Source of the DNA: a virus
Strand: one strand, 5' to 3'
Virus record (IMG/VR): IMGVR_UViG_3300020599_000004
Span: 1-64,000 of that record
DNA: 64,000 nucleotides
Shown: positions 46,010 through 56,190 of the stretch, in pieces
Layout: each line of letters starts with the position of its first letter
Position numbering within the stretch: position 1 is the first letter of the stretch
Position numbers and translations under genes: made by a program
Notes under the pieces: generated by a model
What the model saw: only the letters and a program-made list of their open reading frames with translations
What the model was told of the DNA's origin: nothing
Databases searched by the model: none

Positions 46010-46708
46010 TCAGGTCCATGCCAAGGTACCCGACCCGGAGGGGTAGCCAGTGCTTACCGGGATCGAACTGCCTTTGGCAGTGGTGGACAGTCGGTAGTTG
46101 TCCAAACGGATTATCTCCGTTGGAACATCCTGGGTGAGAATGCCGCCGGACGAGCACTGGAACTGGCCAATGTACATGGTCACATCCGACTCTGCGATGG
46201 GTGATGTGGAGGGGATGGATACGTACGTGAACTCTCCATCTTTCAACTGGGCGTAAACGCAATAGGTTTTGCTGCCTGGTGAGGGGTCTCCCGCACTAAG
46301 GTCCAGAGCCGTTTGCGGGACAGCATAAACCTTTCCTGAGATGATGGCCGTGGTGGCGCCGAAAGTGATGACGAATGTCGAGGTGTTACCCGTTAGCGTA
46401 GTTCGTTTCCAGTAGGATACTGGCAGGATACCTGAGGGCACCAGATTCGCTAGGATGTTATCCATGGCTGCGCTGTCGTAGATACCCAGCAGCGCAGCCG
46501 TGTCATTGTGCGGGTTGGTCGCACCGACGTGGGCATCGTAGGAAGCCCTTAGGTTGGCAGTTAGTTGAGTGCGGGTTACCCCTGCTACCTGCGATGCGTC
46601 GTCCGCACTGAAGGCTCCAGAGCGTTTGCGCTGGAAAGCGCGTTTGATCTCAGCCGTGAAATTCTGGAGGCCCTGCGTGAATTGGGCAATCTCGTTGGAG
46701 AAATCCAT
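46010..46708 (-). CDS. short paralogue of the large tail fibre proteins (no central region)
   Basis: 232 aa; N-terminal NPH/PSGILPVS module joined directly to the C-terminal module. Confidence 0.75.
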   Translation of the reverse strand: MDFSNEIAQFTQGLQNFTAEIKRAFQRKRSGAFSADDASQVAGVTRTQLTANLRASYDAHVGATNPHNDTAALLGIYDSAAMDNILANLVPSGILPVSYWKRTTLTGNTSTFVITFGATTAIISGKVYAVPQTALDLSAGDPSPGSKTYCVYAQLKDGEFTYVSIPSTSPIAESDVTMYIGQFQCSSGGILTQDVPTEIIRLDNYRLSTTAKGSSIPVSTGYPSGSGTLAWT

Positions 46709-46742
46709 GTATAGCCCCTTTTAAGACAAAGACAAAATAGAT

Positions 46743-46792
46743 AGGCCACCGGCTGGACAGCGTCGCAGCCGGTGGCCTTCAGGGGGTTATGC
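46743..46792 (-). terminator. hairpin terminator; GCATAA overlaps the stop codon
   Basis: AGGCCACCGGCTG/CAGCCGGTGGCCT 13-bp stem. Confidence 0.7.
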
Positions 46793-48967
46793 AAGCGTTG
46801 CCAGATCGGCCGCTGCTGCGTTGAACGCATCCGCCATGCCGGTCAGAACCGTTGCTGTTTGCGCCTCAGAGGTAAACGCACCGCCCGAGGTGAACTGCTT
46901 CTTGGTGGTGTCCAATGCGCCGACATAGTCACCGACATCATGGATGGCTTCCACCGGTATCATGTTCATCCCACCACAGAGGTCAGTGATGGTGACCTTC
47001 TGACGGTTCGGCAGATCTTTGGTCCAGAACAGGATGGCCTGGTCGGTGCCACCAGGGACTGTCCCTACCGTTGCCCACAGCTCAGGGCCACCCGCACCGT
47101 ATTGCGTGACGCAGGCAAAGGTACTGTTGACCGCGTCGTAGTTACCCGACAGGTCCGTGACCAGTCGTGCGTAACCCAGCTGCGAGCAACCAACGGTGGT
47201 ATCGAGCAAGGCACCACCCGCTACGATGAAGGCCACATCCAGTCGGTTGTTACCGGCTTGCAGGACGAGGTCAGCCGTACGAACGTAGGCGAAGTTGGTG
47301 TAGGCCACACCCCCTGGCATGTCATCCGAGACATCCGGCAGTACGTTCTGCAAAGCCGTCTTACTGGTCGAACCGCTGGACGCGGCATCGATCACTTCCT
47401 GGAGCGTTCTACCTTCCAGCTTCAGGGAGTTGGCAGACGTACCGGCCTGTGCCTGTGCCACGACTTGAGCGACTGTGAGGTTGTCATGCAACACAGCGTT
47501 CGCCGCAGTACCCCCCAGGATGGTGGCTGACAGGGTGGAGAGGTCCATGCCGTAAACGTTCGTGGCGTTTACAGCCGTAGCACCAGAGTCCAGCTTACCT
47601 GCCATCATCTGATTCACGGTGGCCTTGTCATAGGCGCCGACTTGTTCAGCCGTGGTGTGGTGAGGGTTGTTGTAGTCTTGGGCGTGCGCACCCACTGATG
47701 CATCGGCCATCTTGGCGATGGCATAACGTGTCATCAACGGCGTCATGTAGACGTCGTTGCGCAGACCGTCTTCTGCGTCGGCTTGCAGTGCCAGTCCCAG
47801 GTTCTGTACCAGACCCAACCCTACTTGCGACTTGGTCACACCGTGAGGGTTCGAGGTGTTGTTGATGTGACTGGTGAGCGAGTTACCGACCTGCGCTGCG
47901 ATAGCCTGCTTGGTCAGCGTGGGTGTCATGTAGGCGGTGTTGGACGAGCCATCTTCAGCTTGGGCTTGAGTAGCCAATCCGAAGTTTTGCACGTTCCCCA
48001 GCCCCACCTGTCCTTGTGTAACCTGGTGAGGGTTGTCACGGCGTGCCACGAACGCAGCGAAGGCATCGCCCACTTGGTAGGCGATCGCTTCCTTGGTCCT
48101 TAGCGGCGTCATGAAGCGAGCGTTACTGGCACCTTGCTGAGCTTCAGACGTCGAAGCGGTGGCATTGTTGTCGACGTTACCCAGACCCACTTGCGCTTTG
48201 GTGGTGGCGTGAGGGTTATCTATGCGGTTGGCGTGCGCATTGATCAGAGGCACTGCGTAGAAGTCGATCAGGTTCTTCGACCGCAATGGCGACATGTAGA
48301 GCGTGTTGCTCGTACCGGCCTGCGCCTCGCCGATGGTAGCCATCGGGTAGTTGCCCACCAACCCCAGTCCCACCTGAGCAGCCGTCACCTGGTGCGGGTT
48401 GTTCTTGTTGTCGATGTGGTTTTGCAGTGCGTTACCGGAAGAGGCACCGATCGCTGCTGCGATGTCGGCCAGCTTGTCGACAATCTCACCTGCACCGTAC
48501 CAGTCGTCGATCGAGTATTCGTGCGCGATCGGCGGGAACTGGTAGGGCACATCAACCACCTGTTCCCAGGTGGTGATCCGGGGATCAAGCAGGGTATTGG
48601 CCAGGATCTCGGCGATCTTGGCTTCATCGATAGTCCAGTCACCACCTACCGTCTGGTATTCCAGCGAGACCGTACCGGTAAGGGTATGGTCGTAGAAGGT
48701 GATCGAGCCGTAGATACCCAGACCAATGGAATGAGTGGCTGCTTGGAACGAGTGCGAGCAGGTAAAGTCGACCCCGTCGATCAGCACGTTACCACTGGGA
48801 TAGTGCGTAACCTTCAGCGAGTTGCGGAAGTACGGACCGGCCTTTGGGATGATGAAATAGAAGTCCAACATCCCAGGTGGCGTGATGACCTGCCGCTCAC
48901 CCTGTACCAGGTTCGTCGATGCTTTCCCGGTAGGGTCAAACGGATAAAGGAGTGCGTCAGTGTTCAT
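46787..48967 (-). CDS. tail fibre protein with five NPH repeats
   Basis: MNTDALLYPFDPTGKASTNL start (AAGGG RBS); 5 NPH repeats; paralogue of 38363-39811. Confidence 0.8.
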   Translation of the reverse strand: MNTDALLYPFDPTGKASTNLVQGERQVITPPGMLDFYFIIPKAGPYFRNSLKVTHYPSGNVLIDGVDFTCSHSFQAATHSIGLGIYGSITFYDHTLTGTVSLEYQTVGGDWTIDEAKIAEILANTLLDPRITTWEQVVDVPYQFPPIAHEYSIDDWYGAGEIVDKLADIAAAIGASSGNALQNHIDNKNNPHQVTAAQVGLGLVGNYPMATIGEAQAGTSNTLYMSPLRSKNLIDFYAVPLINAHANRIDNPHATTKAQVGLGNVDNNATASTSEAQQGASNARFMTPLRTKEAIAYQVGDAFAAFVARRDNPHQVTQGQVGLGNVQNFGLATQAQAEDGSSNTAYMTPTLTKQAIAAQVGNSLTSHINNTSNPHGVTKSQVGLGLVQNLGLALQADAEDGLRNDVYMTPLMTRYAIAKMADASVGAHAQDYNNPHHTTAEQVGAYDKATVNQMMAGKLDSGATAVNATNVYGMDLSTLSATILGGTAANAVLHDNLTVAQVVAQAQAGTSANSLKLEGRTLQEVIDAASSGSTSKTALQNVLPDVSDDMPGGVAYTNFAYVRTADLVLQAGNNRLDVAFIVAGGALLDTTVGCSQLGYARLVTDLSGNYDAVNSTFACVTQYGAGGPELWATVGTVPGGTDQAILFWTKDLPNRQKVTITDLCGGMNMIPVEAIHDVGDYVGALDTTKKQFTSGGAFTSEAQTATVLTGMADAFNAAAADLATLA

Positions 48968-49069
48968 CGAGTTACCCTTATTGGGAAAGAAGACGGACAA
49001 TGGTCGAAAATGAATATGACGACATTGTTTAAATTTATGTTGCCATACAATTTGCTGGAGGGTTAAAGC

Positions 49070-50338
49070 GTGTACCAGTACGAAGGCGCAGTTGTGCAGA
49101 TGAAAGAATCCCGCGGCCGCTGGGTGAGCGCGGATCTCTCTCTGGCACCGGTAGCTACTCTGTTCGATACCTACATGGGAGTTTACCTGATCCTGTCGCA
49201 CTATTCGCTGGACCACAAAGTCTCCCTGGACTTGAGCGAAGTAGCGTCGGAGATCTCGGGTCTAGTGGATACGGCCACCGTCACGGATTGGCTAACGCTG
49301 CGGGGCGATAGGACGCTACCCACCAGTGACGTACTCCCCACCATCACCACCAAACAAGTCAAGTACAACGATGCTTGGCAAGCTGGCTATACCATGAACT
49401 TCGTCCACCCGTTCTACCATGTGGACACCCAGATCATGGAGACCGAAAAGACCGATGTACTCATGGTCCGAGAGGATACCGATTACGAGCAGTTCTACAA
49501 GAATTGCCTGGTCACGGTGAACGGGCTGATCCACCGTACGGACTTTGATGAATACGGCATCAGGATCAAGGACGCAGGCACGTCAGTACGACAGGCCAAT
49601 GAGAACCATATCGGTATCCTGAGCTTCCGGGAGATTGGTGAGATCGAGATCATTAACATCACCGAAGACATGATCTATAACCCCAACCCTGGGGCTAAGC
49701 TCAAGGAAGCAGCCTACCTGAAGGTGGAACAGTCCATGGAAGGTAAGGTCGTTATGCTCGTGCTCGGTGGTTACTTGCACGTGCTGGAGTCTTACTACTA
49801 CGCCATCGGTGACCATGCCATCAAGATCGACATGGCCAATTTCCCCTTCATCCAACGGTTCTATGCCTCGAAGAAGCTGCTCGACATGAGCAACGTCATG
49901 GCTGATTGGCAAAGTGATCCGAATAACGACGAACACTTCGCCATCTCGGATCTGTTCAGCGACACGACCATCAAGAAGTACCTGACCATGAGTCAGTCCT
50001 TCATCGTGCTGTTGGATGCTGACAACCTCTATGTCGAGAAACACAAGGTCGAGTACACCGGCCTGCCTGGGCGTTACTACGCTCACTCTCGTCCAGAGTT
50101 CCCACTGAGGACAGAACTGGGTCGTCTGCCCGAATACATCGCTATTCCTGAGACGGATATCTGGGTACTGGCTATCCAGGACAACTTCTCGACCAAGTAT
50201 CGCTTTGAAGCTACTAACTACCGCGATGAACCGGGCATCGATCCCCAGCGTGAAACCCTGAAGCCTGTTTACTATGCGCAGGGTCATCTGCTGGAAATCG
50301 GCAGCGACATCGCAGGTTTCACCCCTACCACGGCATAA
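49070..50338 (+). CDS. virion structural protein (baseplate region)
   Basis: 422 aa; GTG start with GGAGG RBS; position next to PAAR/spike genes. Confidence 0.7.
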   Translation: MYQYEGAVVQMKESRGRWVSADLSLAPVATLFDTYMGVYLILSHYSLDHKVSLDLSEVASEISGLVDTATVTDWLTLRGDRTLPTSDVLPTITTKQVKYNDAWQAGYTMNFVHPFYHVDTQIMETEKTDVLMVREDTDYEQFYKNCLVTVNGLIHRTDFDEYGIRIKDAGTSVRQANENHIGILSFREIGEIEIINITEDMIYNPNPGAKLKEAAYLKVEQSMEGKVVMLVLGGYLHVLESYYYAIGDHAIKIDMANFPFIQRFYASKKLLDMSNVMADWQSDPNNDEHFAISDLFSDTTIKKYLTMSQSFIVLLDADNLYVEKHKVEYTGLPGRYYAHSRPEFPLRTELGRLPEYIAIPETDIWVLAIQDNFSTKYRFEATNYRDEPGIDPQRETLKPVYYAQGHLLEIGSDIAGFTPTTA

Positions 50339-50367
50339 ACGGGAGGGCGCATGCCCTCCCCTATGCC
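50332..50367. terminator. bidirectional GGCATAAA-hairpin-CTATGCC element
   Basis: GGGAGGGC/GCCCTCCC stem between convergent stops; GCATAA contains the stop codon. Confidence 0.75.
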
Positions 50368-50370
50368 CGA

Positions 50371-50640
50371 TCAGTTAGAGACCGATACCCAGGGACTGCC
50401 TGGGGTAACCGCATGACCACAGGTGGCCAGTTTTCCAGCAAAGGTAATAGGGATGCCATTGATCGTCACAAAGGAAGAACCTTCCGCGATCTTAGGCGAC
50501 GCATGTGCACCATTTCCGTGACCTGCCACAGCATCCCCGACGCAAGAGACGGGTTTGCCATCGATGGTTACAAAGGACTGAACACCCCCTTGAATGATGC
50601 CACCTGCTTGATCTTGTCCTACCACGGCTACACCTGGCAT
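50371..50640 (-). CDS. PAAR-like spike-tip protein
   Basis: VTIDGKPVSCVGD..GHG..H..IAEGSSFVTINGIP..GK.ATCGH. Confidence 0.88.
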   Translation of the reverse strand: MPGVAVVGQDQAGGIIQGGVQSFVTIDGKPVSCVGDAVAGHGNGAHASPKIAEGSSFVTINGIPITFAGKLATCGHAVTPGSPWVSVSN

Positions 50641-50643
50641 GGT

Positions 50644-51462
50644 TTACCCCTGCGTCATGGCGATGGTACCGGCCTTCATCGACAAGGCAGCGGTAATAAG
50701 GGATAGTGCGCCCGGTGTCAGTTCGACGCTGGTACCACCGACTGTTAAGGTGATACGTGCCTCTGCTTTGACGTCGATGGTCTGAGGTGCCGTTAAACGA
50801 ATGGCTTGTTGGTCCATTTCCAGGACACAGCCTTGCTCATTCTGGATAGAAAGGTAAGAGCGAGTCGAGTCGATAAAGATCTTGTTGTCCTTATCATCTA
50901 CCAATGTGAAGGTGCCATTCTTGGTGTCAAAGCGCGTCTTGTACTGAGCCGCTTCCCCGTTGAGCATACTGGTCTGGAACGTGACCTGTCCAGTATGTGT
51001 CGACATCTCAATGAAGTAACAGTTCTCTGGCTTCAGGACGTAATCTGGCCCATCGGACTCCACATCGGGATCGGCGTTGATGCCAAACGTAATGGTTTCC
51101 AGACGGCGTTTAGCATCGTCCAGTCCCAGGTACTCCCAGTAATACTTATCCGTGGTGTCGTACCGCCAGATCATCACCCGTTCCCCCCGGCGGATGTCAG
51201 GAGGGGTGAGACGGTTGCTACCGCGGGGTAGCCATTCAGCGACGATATGGTTACCTGTGTTGATGGTGCCTTCGTAATTGGATTGGTCCGCAGCCACACC
51301 CTTATACCCGACGGCCTTGGTGTTGGTACCCAGTTCACCATCGAGCATGGGCAGTGATTCGATGGGTACCACCCGCAGTTGACGGGTGTTTTGTGACTTG
51401 TTCTCAGCGGCTACCCCTAGGGAGAACTGCTGCAACAGCGAGACTTGTTTGGGCTGTGGCAT
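50644..51462 (-). CDS. baseplate central spike protein (gp5/gpV-like)
   Basis: OB-fold-like WLP..PPDIRRGERV; beta-strand-rich C-terminus; immediately upstream of PAAR. Confidence 0.75.
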   Translation of the reverse strand: MPQPKQVSLLQQFSLGVAAENKSQNTRQLRVVPIESLPMLDGELGTNTKAVGYKGVAADQSNYEGTINTGNHIVAEWLPRGSNRLTPPDIRRGERVMIWRYDTTDKYYWEYLGLDDAKRRLETITFGINADPDVESDGPDYVLKPENCYFIEMSTHTGQVTFQTSMLNGEAAQYKTRFDTKNGTFTLVDDKDNKIFIDSTRSYLSIQNEQGCVLEMDQQAIRLTAPQTIDVKAEARITLTVGGTSVELTPGALSLITAALSMKAGTIAMTQG

Positions 51463-51537
51463 TTCGCACCTATGTCAAAATAATTAATAAATCCTAACCA
51501 AACCAATGATACAGAGACTGCAAGAAGGACGAAGTCC

Positions 51538-54000
51538 ATGTTTTTCACGTACTTGCGCCAATATCGTTGTCGGCGTTATAAACTGGCCACGTGGCAGGAG
51601 TTAGAGATCGTCCCAACTGCCAAGACTCAATTGGTCTTGGGGACCAATGGTTCGGGGAAAACGAGTTTGCTCAATGCTGGGTTCAGTGTGACACTGCCTA
51701 ACATGAAGCGGGATTACCACCCAGGTGGTTCCCGGACTATACGATTGAACCACAACGGCCATCATTACGAACTGCACTCCTGCCTCAATGGGAAATCCCC
51801 TGAGCATTCCTTCATCCGTGATGGGGAAGAGTTAAATGTCGGTAAAACTGGTGCCGTTTATGAGGCCTTGGTCAGAGAACATTTCGGAATAGACCAGGAT
51901 TTGGAAGATGTGCTGACCGGTGCGGTCAAGTTCACTGAGATGTCTCCCATTGAGCGTCGGAACTGGATTACCCGCCTGTCCACAGCCAATTTCGATTATG
52001 CCCTTGATCTCTATAACAAGACCAAGAAAGGGATCAAGTACGCCGAGAGCGTCGTCAAGCGCAATACCGAGCGTCTGGCTGAAGAAACTGGCAAACTGCT
52101 GAACCAGGAAGATGCCCAACACTTGCTGGATCGGTGCAATAAATTGCGGGATGAACTCAATATCCTCTTGCAAGAAAGTAACCAGGGTGTGTCAGCAGTC
52201 AATACCCTCACCGCTGACTTGAATCAACGCTGGGGACAGATTGTTGATCAGGTAGAGACTATCAGCAAGAACATCTTCTACCCGCCTGAAGGGTTTGGTT
52301 GGAGCAGTCCTGAGCAACTGTTGGCGGACATTCGACGCCGTAATGACGAATTGCGGAATCTGGAAGGTCAACTCAACACCCTGGGCGAAGAGTTTGGCTA
52401 CTTGGAAGCCAAGATGGAGCATCTGCGTGCCATCGAGGGGTTGGATGAAGCCTTCGTTCGGCAACGTATCTCTGAACTCACGGCACAGATCGAAGAATGC
52501 CTGCGGCGTCTGTGCACGGGGGTGAATGTTGACCACATCGCTCATGGTCCTGAAGACATTGAGGTGGTGCAGCAGTTCATGTCAGCGGTTCGTATCCTAG
52601 ATTTCGCTGACGACTACCCTAAGCACCTGGCCGATAAGGCGAATGAAACGGTTGCTACGCTGACCAACAACATCCAGAGTGCCTTCCGTACCATCAGCAA
52701 CATTGAAGGGCGTCTGGAACACATTGACAAGTGTCAGTCAGTGGGTTGTCCGAAGTGTGGTCACGAGTTCAAGCAGGGTGTGGATACCAATGAGCGAGAG
52801 AATCTGCTTGCTCAGCTGGAGAAGGGCCGTGGGCTGGTCAAAAGCTGGACTGAACAGTTGACGATCGCCACTGATTATGCTAACAAGGACCTTGACTACC
52901 GTGCCGCGGTGGATCGAGCTAAGCGTATTCAGTACGAACATCCTGAGCTGGGCAGCTTTTGGCAGCTCATTGCATCAGCAGGTGGCGTAGAAGCAGGTCC
53001 TGCGTTGGTGACCACCTGTCAGATGTACCTACGCGATGCACACGTAGCGGCTGAGATTGCTAAACTGGACTATGAACTGCGTCCTGTGAAGGAGGCCCTC
53101 GATACCATCGAGAAAACAGCTTCTGATGGCAACACCATTCGCGAACGTTATTACCTGCTCAAGTCCAGGATCGTCTCCATCACGGAGCAGATGAGTGCGG
53201 CGCGGCTAGAGCTGGCCATGATCGAGTCCTACAAGCAGCGTCTGGAGTCTTACGACGAGTCTGTAGTGGATTTGGAACAGCGCCTGACAGCCTGGCAGGA
53301 GGACGCCGAGTGCCTGGTGGAAGCCATCCGTCAGGATGAGATCAAACGACTCATCGCACAGCAGCAGAGCAGCCTGGCGGTAGCCTCAGAGGCTCTATCC
53401 GAGAGTGAGCTTATCCAAGGTGTGGTCAAAGATATCCAGAAGGAGATCAAGACCATGTCGTTGCAGGAGAAAGCGTACCGTCTGCTGGAGTCCTTACTCT
53501 CACCCAACGACGGCATCATTGCTGAACAGTTGAGTCTGTCGATCAATGTGCTACTCGATCGAATGAACGCAGTGATTGCGCGGGTCTGGGGATACAACAT
53601 GGCCATCATGCCATGCAGCCTTGAGGACGGTTCGCTCAATTATCGCTTCCCTTTGTATGCAGTGACGACAGACGACCCAGTGCCGGATATCAAGCTCGGT
53701 TCTGACTCGCAGAAGACCATCGTCAACCTGGCCTTCCGTCTAGTTGTGTACAAGTTCCTGAAGCTTCAGCATTATCCCTTGTACCTCGACGAGTTGGGTC
53801 GTGACTTTGACCCGGTGCACCGTCACAACCTGATCCCTGCGATCAAGGATCTGATTGACGATGATACCTACAGTCAAGTGTTCATGATTTCGCACTACGA
53901 GGATGGGCAATCGAGCTTCAAGAATTCCGAGATCGTGGTCCTCCATGACAGTCACCTGACTATCAAGGCGGATTACAACCAACACGTCAGGTTCGCCTGA
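51538..54000 (+). CDS. sbcC: SbcC/Rad50-like SMC ATPase (phiKZ gp165-like)
   Basis: Walker A GTNGSGKT, central CPKC zinc hook in coiled coil, LGSDSQ signature, LYLDE Walker B, ISH. Confidence 0.9.
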   Translation: MFFTYLRQYRCRRYKLATWQELEIVPTAKTQLVLGTNGSGKTSLLNAGFSVTLPNMKRDYHPGGSRTIRLNHNGHHYELHSCLNGKSPEHSFIRDGEELNVGKTGAVYEALVREHFGIDQDLEDVLTGAVKFTEMSPIERRNWITRLSTANFDYALDLYNKTKKGIKYAESVVKRNTERLAEETGKLLNQEDAQHLLDRCNKLRDELNILLQESNQGVSAVNTLTADLNQRWGQIVDQVETISKNIFYPPEGFGWSSPEQLLADIRRRNDELRNLEGQLNTLGEEFGYLEAKMEHLRAIEGLDEAFVRQRISELTAQIEECLRRLCTGVNVDHIAHGPEDIEVVQQFMSAVRILDFADDYPKHLADKANETVATLTNNIQSAFRTISNIEGRLEHIDKCQSVGCPKCGHEFKQGVDTNERENLLAQLEKGRGLVKSWTEQLTIATDYANKDLDYRAAVDRAKRIQYEHPELGSFWQLIASAGGVEAGPALVTTCQMYLRDAHVAAEIAKLDYELRPVKEALDTIEKTASDGNTIRERYYLLKSRIVSITEQMSAARLELAMIESYKQRLESYDESVVDLEQRLTAWQEDAECLVEAIRQDEIKRLIAQQQSSLAVASEALSESELIQGVVKDIQKEIKTMSLQEKAYRLLESLLSPNDGIIAEQLSLSINVLLDRMNAVIARVWGYNMAIMPCSLEDGSLNYRFPLYAVTTDDPVPDIKLGSDSQKTIVNLAFRLVVYKFLKLQHYPLYLDELGRDFDPVHRHNLIPAIKDLIDDDTYSQVFMISHYEDGQSSFKNSEIVVLHDSHLTIKADYNQHVRFA

Positions 54001-54016
54001 CGTGTGAGGAGGCGTA

Positions 54017-54484
54017 ATGGATAAAGCATACACCGAAATGCTCACGCGGTTGGTAATGAGCCTCAGCCATAAGCGGTCGGGTCGGTGGTTCTTCATGATG
54101 CCGGTTACGGACATCCATACTTCGACCGCTGTACCTTCGGTCTTAGCTACCAACTGTTCCATCCGAGCATTCTGTCCTGATCAAGGTTATTTCCGCAGTG
54201 ACATTCCCTTCGGCGAAAATGCTTGGAAGACCTATGGCATCCTGATCCTGATCAACCCTTACACTGGGGATAAGATGGCAGTGCCTATCTCCGAAGTGGA
54301 GCGAGTTAATCCGCTGTTTGACTGGCGCTGGGCACTCCAGCGTAGTCAGCGACGTGCTGATCTGGCTATGCAACTGGAGTACGAGTTGGGCATGGCTCAG
54401 CAGAAACAGGCGGTTGCTCATCGGGAACGTGTCATCAAAGACGTCCAGGCCGAGGTCATCAGTAAGAGTCCCACTTTTCACTAG
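54017..54484 (+). CDS. hypothetical protein
   Basis: 155 aa; GAGGAGG RBS. Confidence 0.75.
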   Translation: MDKAYTEMLTRLVMSLSHKRSGRWFFMMPVTDIHTSTAVPSVLATNCSIRAFCPDQGYFRSDIPFGENAWKTYGILILINPYTGDKMAVPISEVERVNPLFDWRWALQRSQRRADLAMQLEYELGMAQQKQAVAHRERVIKDVQAEVISKSPTFH

Positions 54485-54495
54485 GAGATAACTCC

Positions 54496-54861
54496 GTGGA
54501 TATTTATCAACAAATCGACAAGGTGATCGGCAATCCGGATCGCCAAGTGCTGCTCTCTGCCAGTCGCAATTACACTGACTTTGAAAGCGCGGCTAGGCTC
54601 ATCTTCATGAACTACCAGCGTGACAAGAGCAAGCCGCTCAAGGAGAACCTCTACTTGGCATTGATCAAGTCGGCTATCCAGTCGCAGAAGTACAATGCGG
54701 CCGAAGAAACCGGCAAATGCCAGGAACTGATCAAGCTGCTGAGCGTCAGCGCGGCCGATCGACAGTTCTTCTACGAATGTCTGTTCGATCAGGGAGGTTT
54801 GAGTGGTCCTGGTCTTCGGTTGTTCCAGCGCTATACAGTCGACGATCAGATGACCCAGTAA
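54496..54861 (+). CDS. hypothetical protein
   Basis: 121 aa; GTG with AGGAG RBS. Confidence 0.7.
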   Translation: MDIYQQIDKVIGNPDRQVLLSASRNYTDFESAARLIFMNYQRDKSKPLKENLYLALIKSAIQSQKYNAAEETGKCQELIKLLSVSAADRQFFYECLFDQGGLSGPGLRLFQRYTVDDQMTQ

Positions 54862-54865
54862 GCAC

Positions 54866-54906
54866 TCGGCATAAAGCGGGGGCTAGATGCCCCCGCTTTA
54901 TGCCGA
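54866..54906. terminator. bidirectional terminator, GGCATAAA-type
   Basis: 18-bp perfect inverted repeat between convergent stops. Confidence 0.8.
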
Positions 54907-54907
54907 C

Positions 54908-55540
54908 TCAGGTGGGTTGTGCTTGGCTCTCAGTGTAGCCCTTGATGATGTCTTCCAGCTGAGCGATGTATTCAGCTTGCGATTGGGTCAGGGCTTCCGC
55001 GCGCAGTGCACGCGCCAGGTAGGTATCGTTATTGGTGATTGCCGCTTGACGCGCAATGGTCAGCTGTACGTGCATGTCGTCGGTAATGGTGTCGGTATAG
55101 GTAGCGCGCCCGACATTCACCGTGATGTCCTGTACACCTGTGTGATCTGAGAGTTCTTGCTGGATGGTCTGGATCGCCACAGAGGGATCGTAGCTGTCCG
55201 GCAGAGGACCCAGGGAACAACTGAGCACCAGCCAGGAATACGGCACCACACCCATGTTAGGGTAGGACAGGATGTAGGTGTCCGGGACGTAGATCGGCTT
55301 TTCGGTCGAGGAGAGCAGGGCGATAATCTGCGCACCCGCGGCGATGTCCGCTTGGTATTCCGTCTCGCCTAACCCCACGGGTCGGTAGACCAAATCCAGC
55401 GGCTCTTCCTTGTCAGCGCGGATCTCTTCGAAGGTCCGGATCGCCGAGACCATGTAGGTGACGTCTTCCTTGGCCACAAAGGGCGCTGCGAGCAGGAAGA
55501 GTCCCTTCGCATTCATAGGAGGAGTGATTCTGGTTGCCAT
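54908..55540 (-). CDS. hypothetical (probable virion) protein
   Basis: 210 aa at the end of a minus-strand block. Confidence 0.7.
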   Translation of the reverse strand: MATRITPPMNAKGLFLLAAPFVAKEDVTYMVSAIRTFEEIRADKEEPLDLVYRPVGLGETEYQADIAAGAQIIALLSSTEKPIYVPDTYILSYPNMGVVPYSWLVLSCSLGPLPDSYDPSVAIQTIQQELSDHTGVQDITVNVGRATYTDTITDDMHVQLTIARQAAITNNDTYLARALRAEALTQSQAEYIAQLEDIIKGYTESQAQPT

Positions 55541-55542
55541 GA

Positions 55543-56175
55543 TCAGCCCTTGTGTTTGATGAGTCCCATTTGCCTTAGCGTCTCCACCGTGTCTCTGGGG
55601 TGGATCATCGTAGCGGGTACGTTTTGTGCTTGGTGATGGGAGTGTGGTTTTCGACGAAAGTGGTAACCGATTTTAAGCAGCTTTTTGACAGGGTGGTTCG
55701 CTGCGATGACCAAGCGTAGTGCCCAGTCAAAGTTATAGAAATTAGCGTCACCCAGGACATGAATATAACGCTTAAGCACCTCGGTCCTAAAGACACAGCA
55801 GTTATGCAGTTCTAACGGCGATTGGGTCAGTCGTCTGAAATCAAACTCACCGATGTGGTACATTGAGCGGAAACTGCCGTCGACATGGATAGCTCGCTCG
55901 TGACAGGCACAGATCGCGTAAGTCGGATTCTCTTCCAGGTACTGTAAACAACTCTGCACCACGCTAAGGTCGACCCTGTCATCGGGGTCGACCATCAGCA
56001 CGTATTCTGAGTGGATTTGAGAGTAAGCGGCCACACGGGCCGCTCCTACGTCGCCGGGGATACCGGCAAACTCTCTGACAGGATAGGAACCTGCACGCAG
56101 ATCGTGCAGTAATTCCTCCAACCACTCCCTACGGTCATTCGGGCAGAGCATGTAGGCAATGGTCAGTTTGTCCAT
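55543..56175 (-). CDS. GT-A fold glycosyltransferase (family 2-like)
   Basis: N-terminal beta strand TIAYM, G.GAAR, YVLMVDPDD (DxD), DW...LR, Y.FRR. Confidence 0.7.
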   Translation of the reverse strand: MDKLTIAYMLCPNDRREWLEELLHDLRAGSYPVREFAGIPGDVGAARVAAYSQIHSEYVLMVDPDDRVDLSVVQSCLQYLEENPTYAICACHERAIHVDGSFRSMYHIGEFDFRRLTQSPLELHNCCVFRTEVLKRYIHVLGDANFYNFDWALRLVIAANHPVKKLLKIGYHFRRKPHSHHQAQNVPATMIHPRDTVETLRQMGLIKHKG

Positions 56176-56190
56176 GTCATCTTACCTAGG

